Positions 28,534-36,804 of a DNA stretch of 64,000 bases are shown here, piece by piece. The notes under the pieces are model-generated. The model saw nothing but the letters and a program-made list of their open reading frames with translations, made no database searches and was not told the DNA's origin. The stretch comes from an uncultured Fibrobacteraceae bacterium (lineage in GTDB: Bacteria > Krumholzibacteriota > Krumholzibacteriia > LZORAL124-64-63), in assembly GCA_964420395.1 (NCBI GenBank), contig CAYQTJ010000001.1, forward strand, positions 17,006-81,005. The letters are read 5' to 3'. The translations under genes and the position numbers were made by a program. Every line of letters starts with the position of its first letter. Positions within the stretch are counted from its first letter, which is position 1.

Positions 28534-29826
28534 CTACCTCGTCAGAATCCCCGCGATGGTGGCCGTCATCCAGGAGGCCAGTTCGCCGGCGAACATCGCC
28601 CTCAGGCCGAGCCTGGCCACGTCGGAGCGCCGCTCGGGCGCGATCGAGCCGATGCCGCCGATCTGGATCGCGATGCTGCTGAAGTTGGCGAAGCCGCAGA
28701 GGGCGTAGGTCCCGATCACCACGCTGCGGGGGCTCAGGGTGCCGTCGCCGGCGGCCCGCGTCAGGTCGAGGTAGGCCACGAACTCGTTGAGGGCCACCTT
28801 CGTGCCGAGCAGGTTGCCGAAGGCGCTGGCCTCCCCCCACGGCACCCCCATCGCCCAGGCGAACGGCGCGAAGACGATGCCGAAGATCTGCTGCAGCGAG
28901 GTGTGCAGCCAGCCGAGCCCGTAGTTCATCATCGCCACGAGGGCGATGAACGCCAGCAGCATGGCCGAGACGTTGGCGGCCAGCCGCAGGCCGACGCCGG
29001 CGCCGCCGGCGGCCGCGTCGATCACGTTGGCGTACTCGCGCGGGATGTCCAGGCGCGCGCCGCCCGCCGTGCGCGGGCGCTCCTTCTCGGGGTACATCAC
29101 CTTCGCCATGACCAGCGCCGCCGGCGCCGACATCACGCTCGCCGCCAGCAGGTGGCCCGGATCGACGCCGAAGCGCACGTAGGCCACCATCACCCCGCCG
29201 GCGATGGTGGCGAAGCCGCCCACCATGACCGCCATCAGCTCGGACATCGTCATCGTGGCGACGTAGGGCCGGATCACCATCGGCGCCTCGGTCTGGCCCA
29301 CGAAGATGTTCGCCGCGCAGGAGAGCGATTCGGCGCCGCTCGTGCCCATGGAGCGCCGCATCACCCAGGCCACCCCGCCGATCAGGCGCTGCATGATGCC
29401 GAGGTGGTAGAGGACCGCCATCAGGCTGGAGAAGAAGATGATCGTCGGCAGGACGTGGATCACGAAGACGGTGCCGAGCGGGATGAGCTGGCCGGAGACC
29501 GAGTCGGTCGCCTGCCAGTAGCCGGGGCCCATCGGCCCGGAGCCGATGTGCTGCACCAGATCGGGCCCGGTGCGGAAGAGATTGCCCCAGAGGAAGGCGC
29601 TGCCGGCGTCCGTGAAGCCGAGGATCCGGTTGATGGCGGTGCGCATCCCGTCGAAAACCGCGCGCCCCCAGGGGGTGCGCAGCAGGATCAGCGCGAACGC
29701 GAACTGCAGGCCCAGGCCCCAGAGGGCGACGCGCCAGGGGAACCGGCGGCGGTCGTTGCTGAGCAGCCAGGCGACGCCGACCAGGACCACCACCCCGAAC
29801 AGGGAAACGACGTTGTTGACGGTCAT
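28534..29826 (-). CDS. nupC: Concentrative nucleoside transporter (NupC/CNT family)
   Basis: Internal ATG at 29826 with a GGAGG RBS. 430 aa, polytopic. The motifs GTKVALNEFVAY and YALCGFANFSSIAIQIGGIG are typical of the NupC family. Confidence 0.85.
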   Translation of the reverse strand: MTVNNVVSLFGVVVLVGVAWLLSNDRRRFPWRVALWGLGLQFAFALILLRTPWGRAVFDGMRTAINRILGFTDAGSAFLWGNLFRTGPDLVQHIGSGPMGPGYWQATDSVSGQLIPLGTVFVIHVLPTIIFFSSLMAVLYHLGIMQRLIGGVAWVMRRSMGTSGAESLSCAANIFVGQTEAPMVIRPYVATMTMSELMAVMVGGFATIAGGVMVAYVRFGVDPGHLLAASVMSAPAALVMAKVMYPEKERPRTAGGARLDIPREYANVIDAAAGGAGVGLRLAANVSAMLLAFIALVAMMNYGLGWLHTSLQQIFGIVFAPFAWAMGVPWGEASAFGNLLGTKVALNEFVAYLDLTRAAGDGTLSPRSVVIGTYALCGFANFSSIAIQIGGIGSIAPERRSDVARLGLRAMFAGELASWMTATIAGILTR

Positions 29827-29923
29827 GGAGCCTCCGCGGCGGAGTTCGGGAAAACGTCCGGGCGGGGCGGACCGGTCCGGGAAGCCCCGCCACGGCCCGC
29901 ATCCTAGCCTGTCCGCGGCCCGA

Positions 29924-29952
29924 TTGACAGGCCCGAGAGGACCGGGTATCTT
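29924..29952 (+). promoter_or_regulatory. Sigma70-type promoter for udk-hpt: TTGACA-N17-TATCTT
   Basis: TTGACA at 29924-29929, an exact 17-nt spacer, then TATCTT at 29947-29952. The udk ATG (29960) begins only 7 nt after the -10 and has no SD, implying a leaderless or near-leaderless mRNA. Confidence 0.55.
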
Positions 29953-29959
29953 CGCCGCC

Positions 29960-30640
29960 ATGGATGTCAACAATGGCGCCCATCTGCCGCCGGTCATCAT
30001 CGGGATCGCCGGCGGCTCGGGCTCGGGCAAGACCACGGTCGCCCACCGGGTGCGCGAAGCCGCGCCCGGAAAGACCGTGCTGATCATCCATCACGACTCC
30101 TACTACCACGATAATTCCCGCCTGCCGCTCGAAGAGCGCGCCCGCATCAACTACGACCACCCGGCCGCTTTCGAGACGTCGCTGCTGGTGGCGCACCTGC
30201 AGGCGATCAAGCGCGGCGAGCCGGTCGAGGTGCCGACCTACGACTACGCGCTGCACTCGCGCCGGGTCGACACCGTCCGCCTCGAGCCCGCCGACATCGT
30301 CTTCGTCGAGGGGATCCTGGTGCTCGAGGACGAGCGGCTGCGCGACATGATGGACATCCGGCTCTACGTGGACGTCGACGCGGACGAACGCTTCATCCGG
30401 CGGCTCGGCCGCGACACCATCGAGCGCGGCCGCACCGTGCAGTCGGTCATCGAGCAGTATTTGGGGGTGGTGCGTCCGATGCACCTGCAGTTCGTGGAGC
30501 CGTCGAAGCGCTACGCCCACATCATCATACCCGAGGGGGGCCACAACACCGTGGCCATCGACCTGATCGCGGTGAAGATCGCCGACATCATCCGCGAGCG
30601 CACGCGCCTGCGCGCGCCGCAGTCCGGAGGCCGGCCGTGA
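29960..30640 (+). CDS. udk: Uridine kinase
   Basis: 226 aa with IIGIAGGSGSGKTT (P-loop), HDSYY, NYDHPAAF, PTYDY and VEGIL motifs. Confidence 0.9.
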   Translation: MDVNNGAHLPPVIIGIAGGSGSGKTTVAHRVREAAPGKTVLIIHHDSYYHDNSRLPLEERARINYDHPAAFETSLLVAHLQAIKRGEPVEVPTYDYALHSRRVDTVRLEPADIVFVEGILVLEDERLRDMMDIRLYVDVDADERFIRRLGRDTIERGRTVQSVIEQYLGVVRPMHLQFVEPSKRYAHIIIPEGGHNTVAIDLIAVKIADIIRERTRLRAPQSGGRP

Positions 30641-31191
30641 CCTGGGACGACGACGACCTGCTGCGCAAGCATCCGCAGCTCGAGCGGATCCTCATCCGCT
30701 CGGACGAGATCCACAAGCGCGTGCGCCAGCTCGGCAACGAGATCAGCCGGGACTACGCCGACGACGTGCCGGTGCTCGTGAGCATCCTCAAGGGGTCGTA
30801 CGTCTTCCTGGCGGACCTCACCCGCTGCCTGACGATCCCCCACGAGGTGGACTTCATGGCCATCTCGAGCTACCACGGCGGCACGCAGAGCACCGGCGTG
30901 GTGAAGATCGAGAAGGACCTGAAGACGAACATCACCGGGCGCGACGTCCTCATCGTCGAGGACATCGTCGACACCGGGCTGACGATCAGCTACCTGCTCG
31001 ACCTGCTGGGCACCCGCTCGCCGCGCAGCCTGCGCGTCTGCACCCTGCTCGACAAGACGCGCGCCCGGACGAAGGACGTGGCGGTCGCCTACAGCGGCTT
31101 CGAAATCCCCAGCGAGTTCGTCATCGGCTACGGCCTGGACTATGACGAGAAGTTCCGCAACCTGCCCTTCATCGGCGTCATGAGGGGTTGA
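30637..31191 (+). CDS. hpt: Hypoxanthine(-guanine) phosphoribosyltransferase
   Basis: GTG start overlaps the udk stop (GTGA). Contains LKGSYVFLADL and the PRPP motif VLIVEDIVDTGLT. Confidence 0.9.
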   Translation: MTWDDDDLLRKHPQLERILIRSDEIHKRVRQLGNEISRDYADDVPVLVSILKGSYVFLADLTRCLTIPHEVDFMAISSYHGGTQSTGVVKIEKDLKTNITGRDVLIVEDIVDTGLTISYLLDLLGTRSPRSLRVCTLLDKTRARTKDVAVAYSGFEIPSEFVIGYGLDYDEKFRNLPFIGVMRG

Positions 31192-31230
31192 CCGCGGCGG
31201 CGTCCGCCGCCCAGCTCAGGGGGACGAGGC

Positions 31231-32724
31231 ATGCCCAGCCGTCCGAGTCGGCCCGCCGTCACGCGGGGGGCGCTCCGCGAAGCTCTCACCTTCGACGACA
31301 TCCTCCTGCTGCCCGAATACTCCGAGGTACTGCCGCGGGACGTGGACACCTCCACGCGCGTCGCCCGCGACATCGCCCTGCCGGTGCCGTTCCTCTCCGC
31401 CGCTATGGACACCGTCACCGAGACCGACATGGCGATCGCCATGGCGCGCTCCGGCGGGCTGGGCGTGGTCCACAAGAACATGCCGCCCGCGGACCAGGCC
31501 GAGCACGTGGACGCGGTCAAGCGCAGCGAGTCCGGCATGATCACCGAGCCGATCACCCTCGGTCCGGACAGGCCGATCCACGAGGCCATGGCGATGATGA
31601 AGCGCTTCCGCATCTCGGGCGTGCCGATCACGCGGGGCCGCCGGCTGGTGGGCATCCTGACGAACCGCGACCTCCGTTTCGTCGAGGACACGTCGCGACC
31701 GGTGTCGGCGGTCATGACCAGCGAAGGGCTGGTGACGGCCCCCGAGGGGACCACGCTCGAGGAGGCGGCGCGCATCCTCCACCGCCATCGCATCGAGAAG
31801 CTGCCGGTCGTCAACGCGAAGGGCGAACTGCGCGGTCTGATCACGGTGAAGGACATCCAGAAGCGCATCGACTACCCGGACGCCTGCAAGGACCGGCTGG
31901 GGCGGCTGCGGGTGGCGGCCGCCGTCGGCACCGGGGAGGGGACCGCGGAGCGGATCGGGCTGCTCCTCGAGGCGGGGGCCGACCTGATCGTGATCGACAC
32001 GGCGCACGGTCATTCGCGCAACGTGATCGACGTCGTGAAGGCGGCGCGCAGGGCGCACCCGAAGGCGCGCCTGATGGCGGGCAACATCGGCACCGCGGAG
32101 GGGGCCGAGGCGCTGATCGCCGCCGGGGCGAACGCGCTCAAGGTGGGCATCGGTCCCGGCTCGATCTGCACGACCCGGGTGGTGTCGGGGGTGGGGGTGC
32201 CCCAGGTGACGGCCATCATGGACGTCGCGGCGGTGGCGCGCCCGCGCGGCGTGCCGGTGATCGCCGACGGCGGCATCAAGTACTCCGGCGACGTGACCAA
32301 GGCGCTGGCCGTGGGCGCCGACGCCGTCATGATCGGCTCGCTGTTCGCCGGCACGGAGGAGTCGCCGGGCGAGAAAGTCCTGTACGAGGGGCGCGTGTTC
32401 AAGTCGTACCGCGGCATGGGCTCGATTGCCGCCATGCGGGCCGGCAGCCGCGACCGGTACGGCCAGGAGGGGATCGACGATCCCGCGAAGCTGGTGCCGG
32501 AGGGGATCGAGGGGCAGGTCCCGTACAAGGGACAGGTGCGCGAGGTGCTGTTCCAGCTCGTGGGCGGGGTCCGCTCCGGCATGGGCTACTGCGGCTGTCG
32601 CACCATCGCCGATCTCCAGGCGCGGGCGCGGATCGTGCGCGTCACCGGCGCCGGGCTGCGCGAGAGCCATCCGCACGACGTGCGCATCACCAAGGAGGCC
32701 CCCAACTACGGCAAGGACCGCTGA
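31231..32724 (+). CDS. guaB: IMP dehydrogenase
   Basis: 497 aa with [10 protein letters not shown], a CBS pair and [11 protein letters not shown] (catalytic Cys loop); GGIKYSGD and the C-terminal YGKDR-type end follow. Confidence 0.95.
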   Translation: MPSRPSRPAVTRGALREALTFDDILLLPEYSEVLPRDVDTSTRVARDIALPVPFLSAAMDTVTETDMAIAMARSGGLGVVHKNMPPADQAEHVDAVKRSESGMITEPITLGPDRPIHEAMAMMKRFRISGVPITRGRRLVGILTNRDLRFVEDTSRPVSAVMTSEGLVTAPEGTTLEEAARILHRHRIEKLPVVNAKGELRGLITVKDIQKRIDYPDACKDRLGRLRVAAAVGTGEGTAERIGLLLEAGADLIVIDTAHGHSRNVIDVVKAARRAHPKARLMAGNIGTAEGAEALIAAGANALKVGIGPGSICTTRVVSGVGVPQVTAIMDVAAVARPRGVPVIADGGIKYSGDVTKALAVGADAVMIGSLFAGTEESPGEKVLYEGRVFKSYRGMGSIAAMRAGSRDRYGQEGIDDPAKLVPEGIEGQVPYKGQVREVLFQLVGGVRSGMGYCGCRTIADLQARARIVRVTGAGLRESHPHDVRITKEAPNYGKDR

Positions 32725-32751
32725 CGCGGGCGCGGCGAAGGAGCAGCACGG

Positions 32752-33486
32752 ATGCCCCGTGTCCCCGAGAAGAGCGAGGTCACGCTCATCGCCGGCCGTC
32801 CCGCGCGCTACCGCGTGCGGCGCAGCGACCGGGCGCGGCGGCTCACCCTCCGGATCACCCACGACGACGGGCTGGTGGTGGTGCTGCCGCGCCGGATGGG
32901 GCGCTCCGAGGTGGCGCGCGCCCTGAGCGAGCACGAGGCCTGGCTCGACCGGCAGCTCGAGATCTACGGCGTGAGGCTGGGGCCGGTGCGGCGCGAGGTG
33001 GCCACGGGGCGGGAGATCCCGGTGCTCGGGGAGCCGCGGCGCCTCCTGGTCGCCCCGCTCGCGGAGGGCCGGGTCCGGACGCGGATCGACCTGCTGGGCG
33101 GCACGCTGGAGGCCCGGCTGCCGGCCGCCCGCCTGCTCGATCCCCGGCCCGATCTCGAGCGCTGGCTGCGCGGCCTCGCCCGCGAGGTGATCACGGGGCG
33201 CGTACTGCTGCTCTGGCCGCGCGTCGGCGTGACGCCGCGCCGGATCGTGATCGGCGAGCGCTCCACCCGCTGGGGCAGCTGCTCGCACGACGGCACCCTC
33301 TCGTTCTGCTACCGCCTCGTGATGGCGCCGGTCGGGGTGATCGACGCCATCGTGCTGCACGAGCTGTGCCACCTCGTGCACTTCGACCACAGCCGGCGCT
33401 TCCACGCCCTGCTGCGCGAGGTCTGCCCCGACTACCCGGAGCAGCGCGCGTGGCTGCGGGCGCACGCCGGCGAACTCACCCTGTAG
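32752..33486 (+). CDS. YgjP-like (DUF45/M48-like) metal-dependent hydrolase
   Basis: 244 aa. Contains the HELCHLVHFDHSRRF zinc motif and RWGSCS upstream, typical of the YgjP/SprT-like family. Confidence 0.8.
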   Translation: MPRVPEKSEVTLIAGRPARYRVRRSDRARRLTLRITHDDGLVVVLPRRMGRSEVARALSEHEAWLDRQLEIYGVRLGPVRREVATGREIPVLGEPRRLLVAPLAEGRVRTRIDLLGGTLEARLPAARLLDPRPDLERWLRGLAREVITGRVLLLWPRVGVTPRRIVIGERSTRWGSCSHDGTLSFCYRLVMAPVGVIDAIVLHELCHLVHFDHSRRFHALLREVCPDYPEQRAWLRAHAGELTL

Positions 33487-33519
33487 CGGCGCCGCGCGCC
33501 GCCGTCCGGAAGGAACCCG

Positions 33520-34083
33520 ATGAGCGGATTGTACGCCCGCGAGAACGCCCTGGCCCTGCTGCACGAGTTCACGGCCGGCGAGGCGCTCCGCCGCCACGCC
33601 TACGCCGTCGAGGCGGCCATGCGCGCCGCCGCCCTGCGCACCGGCAACGATCCCGAATCCTGGGGCGCCGCCGGCCTCCTGCACGACTTCGACTACGAGC
33701 GCTGGCCCGACGTCCCCGACCATGCCAACCAGGGGGCCGTCATCCTGCGGGAACGGGGCTATCCGGAGGAGTTCGTGCGCACGATCCTCTCGCACGCCTC
33801 CTACACCGGCGTGCCGCGCGACACCGACCGCGCCCGCTGGCTGTTCGCCGTCGACGAGCTGTGCGGCTTCTGCATGGCCTGCGCGATGGTCCAGCCCGAC
33901 CGCGCGATCGCCGCCGTGAAGGTCGAGTCGGTGAAGAAGAAGCTGAAGAAGAAGGACTTCGCCGCCAAGGTCAACCGGGCGGAGATCGCCGAGGGCGCCG
34001 CCGCGCTCGGCCTGGAGGTGGACGAGGTCATCGCCCACGTGCTCGCGGCGCTGAACGGCATCTCCGGCGAGCTCGGGCTCTGA
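33520..34083 (+). CDS. HD-domain phosphohydrolase
   Basis: 187 aa with RHAYAVE...AAGLLHDFDYE (the H...HD signature). Confidence 0.8.
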   Translation: MSGLYARENALALLHEFTAGEALRRHAYAVEAAMRAAALRTGNDPESWGAAGLLHDFDYERWPDVPDHANQGAVILRERGYPEEFVRTILSHASYTGVPRDTDRARWLFAVDELCGFCMACAMVQPDRAIAAVKVESVKKKLKKKDFAAKVNRAEIAEGAAALGLEVDEVIAHVLAALNGISGELGL

Positions 34084-34093
34084 TCGGCCGTCG

Positions 34094-36346
34094 CTACGGC
34101 CGGAACAGGTACTGCAGCTTGACGAAGTAGCTGCGGTCGGTCAGGTCCCATTGCTCCGGGCCGTCGGCGGCCACCGCCAGCCGCGCGTAGTCGCGGGTCG
34201 AGCCGGCGTAGAAGATGGAGAACGGGCTGATCCGATAGGTGACGAGCGGATCGACCTCCCAGGTCCGCGAGAAGTCGTTGTACTGCGCCACGAGGCGGGT
34301 GGACAGTTCCCGCGTGACCTGCAGGCCGAGCTTGCCGCGGGCGATGTAGCCGTCGAAGAACTCCCCGCCCGTGGCCGGGTCCTCGCTGCGCGACGACACG
34401 TAGCTGAGCCCGGCCGTGAGGCGGGCGATCGGGCGCAGCTCGAGGCTCGCGCTCAGGTCGGTCTGGTCGCCGAAGCGCAGGTAACGGCGGGCGATCCGGT
34501 GGGAGCGCGTCGCCCCGAGGTGGGCGCTCAGGCCGTCCCTGAGCGTGACGTCGAAGCAGCTGTGCAGCACCCACACCCCGTCGAACTGCCGGCCCTCGAA
34601 CAGCTCGTTCTCGCGGGTGTACTGCACGTGCCCGTTGAACTGCGCCCACCTCAGCTGCGGCGCCACGTCGGCCTGCCAGCCGGCGTTCTTGACGTCGCCG
34701 GCGAAGTTCCAGGCGCGATACAGGTAGAGATGGTTGCTGAGCCGCCGCAGCAGGCCGCGGTCGGTGTGGATGTTGTAGCCGTTGATGACGTAGGCTTCGC
34801 GACGGTCGTTCTGCGGTTCGAAGCCGCTGTCCGCCCGGAAGGTCGGGCTCTTCTCCCAGTAGTCGAGGTTCAGGTTCCAGTGCCGCGCCCGGCGCTGGAA
34901 GCTGCCGTAAAGCGCGCGGCCCGTAAAGGTCTCGCCGTCGAAGATGGCGGTGCGCCGGCCGCCGTCGAAGGTGACCCCCGCGAGTCCGTCCGTGAGCCCG
35001 GGGTCGTCGGGCTCGGCGGTGCGGCTCGCCAGCGCCTGCCACGAGAAGCGGTAATTGCGGCCCAGGCGGACCAGCCCGTCCGCGCCCGCCACGCTGCCCG
35101 CGCCGCCGCCCTCGAGACGGCGGTCGGTGACGATGGCCCCGATCTGCGACTCCTGCCCCCAGGCGTGCTTCAGGCGGAGGATGTTGGAGTAGCTGCGCCC
35201 GGCCCCCACCAGGGAGCTGCCGTCCTCGAACGGCAGCAGGATCGGCGTGGTGGCGTCGATCGCGGAGAGCAGCGCTACCGCGTTGTGGTCGGGCCGCCCC
35301 ATCAGCTTCACCGCGACGTCGGGATCGTTGATGCTGCGGGTGTAGAGCACCGTGAACGGCGTGACGAACAGGTCGCTCCCCTCCTGGAAGAAGGGGCGCT
35401 TCTCGGGATAGGCGAGGGCGAACGCCGAGTTGACGTCGATCTGGGCCGCGTCCGACTCGACCTGGCTGAAGTCCGGATTGAGCGTCGCCTCCGCGGTGAG
35501 CTGCGAGGAGAGCGCGTACCGGGCGCCCAGCGACGGCTCGCCCAGGAGATCGCCGTCGTCGAACCGGCCGTCGCCGTCGCGCCGGCCGGTCTGGGTGGCG
35601 GTCCAGGCCGGCAGCAGTTCCAGCCCGTTGCCCGGCCTGACGTTGGCGATGCCGGTGAGGGTGCCCCACTGGCAGGGCCAGCAGGGATTGTCGCGGCTCT
35701 GGGCGGCCCAGGCGTACTGGCCCTGCACGGCGCGCGGGTGGTTGCGCCAGAAGTTGATGCGCCAGGACTGCTCCGGGCGGTCGGGGAAGCGCAGGCTCGC
35801 GAACGGCACCGCCATCTCGACCTCGTAGCCTTCGGCGGTGGCGCGGCCGGCCGAGTGGTAGACCAGGTCGTAGCCCGAGTCCTCGCCGCCGTTGGCCGAG
35901 AACAGCAGATCCCCCTGGATGCCGTAGGGGTTCGCGCAGATCTCGTAGGCCCACTGCTGCGCGCCGTAGGTGTCGAGCAGCAGGAAGACGCAGTCGTCCG
36001 CGAAGATCTGGTCCCGCTCGCAGTACGTGGCGCGCACCTGCGACGGATCGTCGGCGCAGATGAAGGCCACGTAGAGATTGCGGTCGTCGTAGGTGACGAG
36101 GACCTCCGTGTCGACCGGCGGCCGGGCCTGCTCGTTCGGCTCGATCTCGCTGAAGCCGGCCACGCGAGCGGCGCCGGTCCAGCCGGCGTCGTCGAGGCGG
36201 CCGTCGACGGCGATCCTCCCGGCGGCGCGCGTGATCGCGAGCGAGGGGAGGACCTGCGGGACGAAGCCGTCGGCGGCAAGGCAGGCGGAGGCGGCGCACA
36301 GCAGCGCGAGCGGCAGCCAGATGACACGGCGGTTCTGGATGGTCAT
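34094..36346 (-). CDS. Outer-membrane-type protein with an N-terminal CBM9-like domain and a DUF5916-like beta-rich C-terminal region
   Basis: 750 aa with a signal peptide. Contains GRIAVDGRLDDAGW....F.E.EP, DDRNLYVAF and GYEVEMAVPF (CBM9 pattern). The long region with alternating polarity ends in ...YFVKLQYLFRP, an OMP-like C-terminus. Confidence 0.7.
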   Translation of the reverse strand: MTIQNRRVIWLPLALLCAASACLAADGFVPQVLPSLAITRAAGRIAVDGRLDDAGWTGAARVAGFSEIEPNEQARPPVDTEVLVTYDDRNLYVAFICADDPSQVRATYCERDQIFADDCVFLLLDTYGAQQWAYEICANPYGIQGDLLFSANGGEDSGYDLVYHSAGRATAEGYEVEMAVPFASLRFPDRPEQSWRINFWRNHPRAVQGQYAWAAQSRDNPCWPCQWGTLTGIANVRPGNGLELLPAWTATQTGRRDGDGRFDDGDLLGEPSLGARYALSSQLTAEATLNPDFSQVESDAAQIDVNSAFALAYPEKRPFFQEGSDLFVTPFTVLYTRSINDPDVAVKLMGRPDHNAVALLSAIDATTPILLPFEDGSSLVGAGRSYSNILRLKHAWGQESQIGAIVTDRRLEGGGAGSVAGADGLVRLGRNYRFSWQALASRTAEPDDPGLTDGLAGVTFDGGRRTAIFDGETFTGRALYGSFQRRARHWNLNLDYWEKSPTFRADSGFEPQNDRREAYVINGYNIHTDRGLLRRLSNHLYLYRAWNFAGDVKNAGWQADVAPQLRWAQFNGHVQYTRENELFEGRQFDGVWVLHSCFDVTLRDGLSAHLGATRSHRIARRYLRFGDQTDLSASLELRPIARLTAGLSYVSSRSEDPATGGEFFDGYIARGKLGLQVTRELSTRLVAQYNDFSRTWEVDPLVTYRISPFSIFYAGSTRDYARLAVAADGPEQWDLTDRSYFVKLQYLFRP

Positions 36347-36432
36347 GGCGGTCCTTCTGCTTGGCCTGGGCGTGGGGCCGGGGGAATTTCGAATCTACGG
36401 AATCATCCGCCCCGGGTTGCGCGGCGGAAACG

Positions 36433-36470
36433 GAAGGGCCCGACCCGCGCCAGGCGGGGTCGGGCCCTTC
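36433..36470. other. Strong orphan stem-loop in a divergent intergenic region
   Basis: GAAGGGCCCGACCC / GGGTCGGGCCCTTC form a perfect 14-bp stem, extendable by 3 bp across a 1-nt bulge. On the minus strand it is followed by CGTTTCC. It lies about 90 nt upstream of the minus-strand OMP-like gene. Confidence 0.4.
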
Positions 36471-36804
36471 GTTCCGACGGGCGGCGGTCGTGCCCCGCCT
36501 CTGTTTCAACAGGATCATCCAGCGCGCATGATGAGCACCTCCGGTTCGGCAAACCCCCACGGTGCCTCCCGCCGAACCGGTGGTGCTGAACATGAAGAGC
36601 CGGAATCATGGCGGAAATCACACGCCTCCCGCGGCCGGACCGCGATCGCGCGGCGCCGACGACGCGGGGCTTCGATAATCCACGACCATTCTCGTTGCGG
36701 TTTGACGGTCCTGCCGTAGCGTGGTGGGGCTGGCCGGTCGGGGGGGCGCGGCCGGCGCGCTGCCGCCCCGTGACCTTTCCGCCGCCGGCCGGCCAGGAGG
36801 GACC

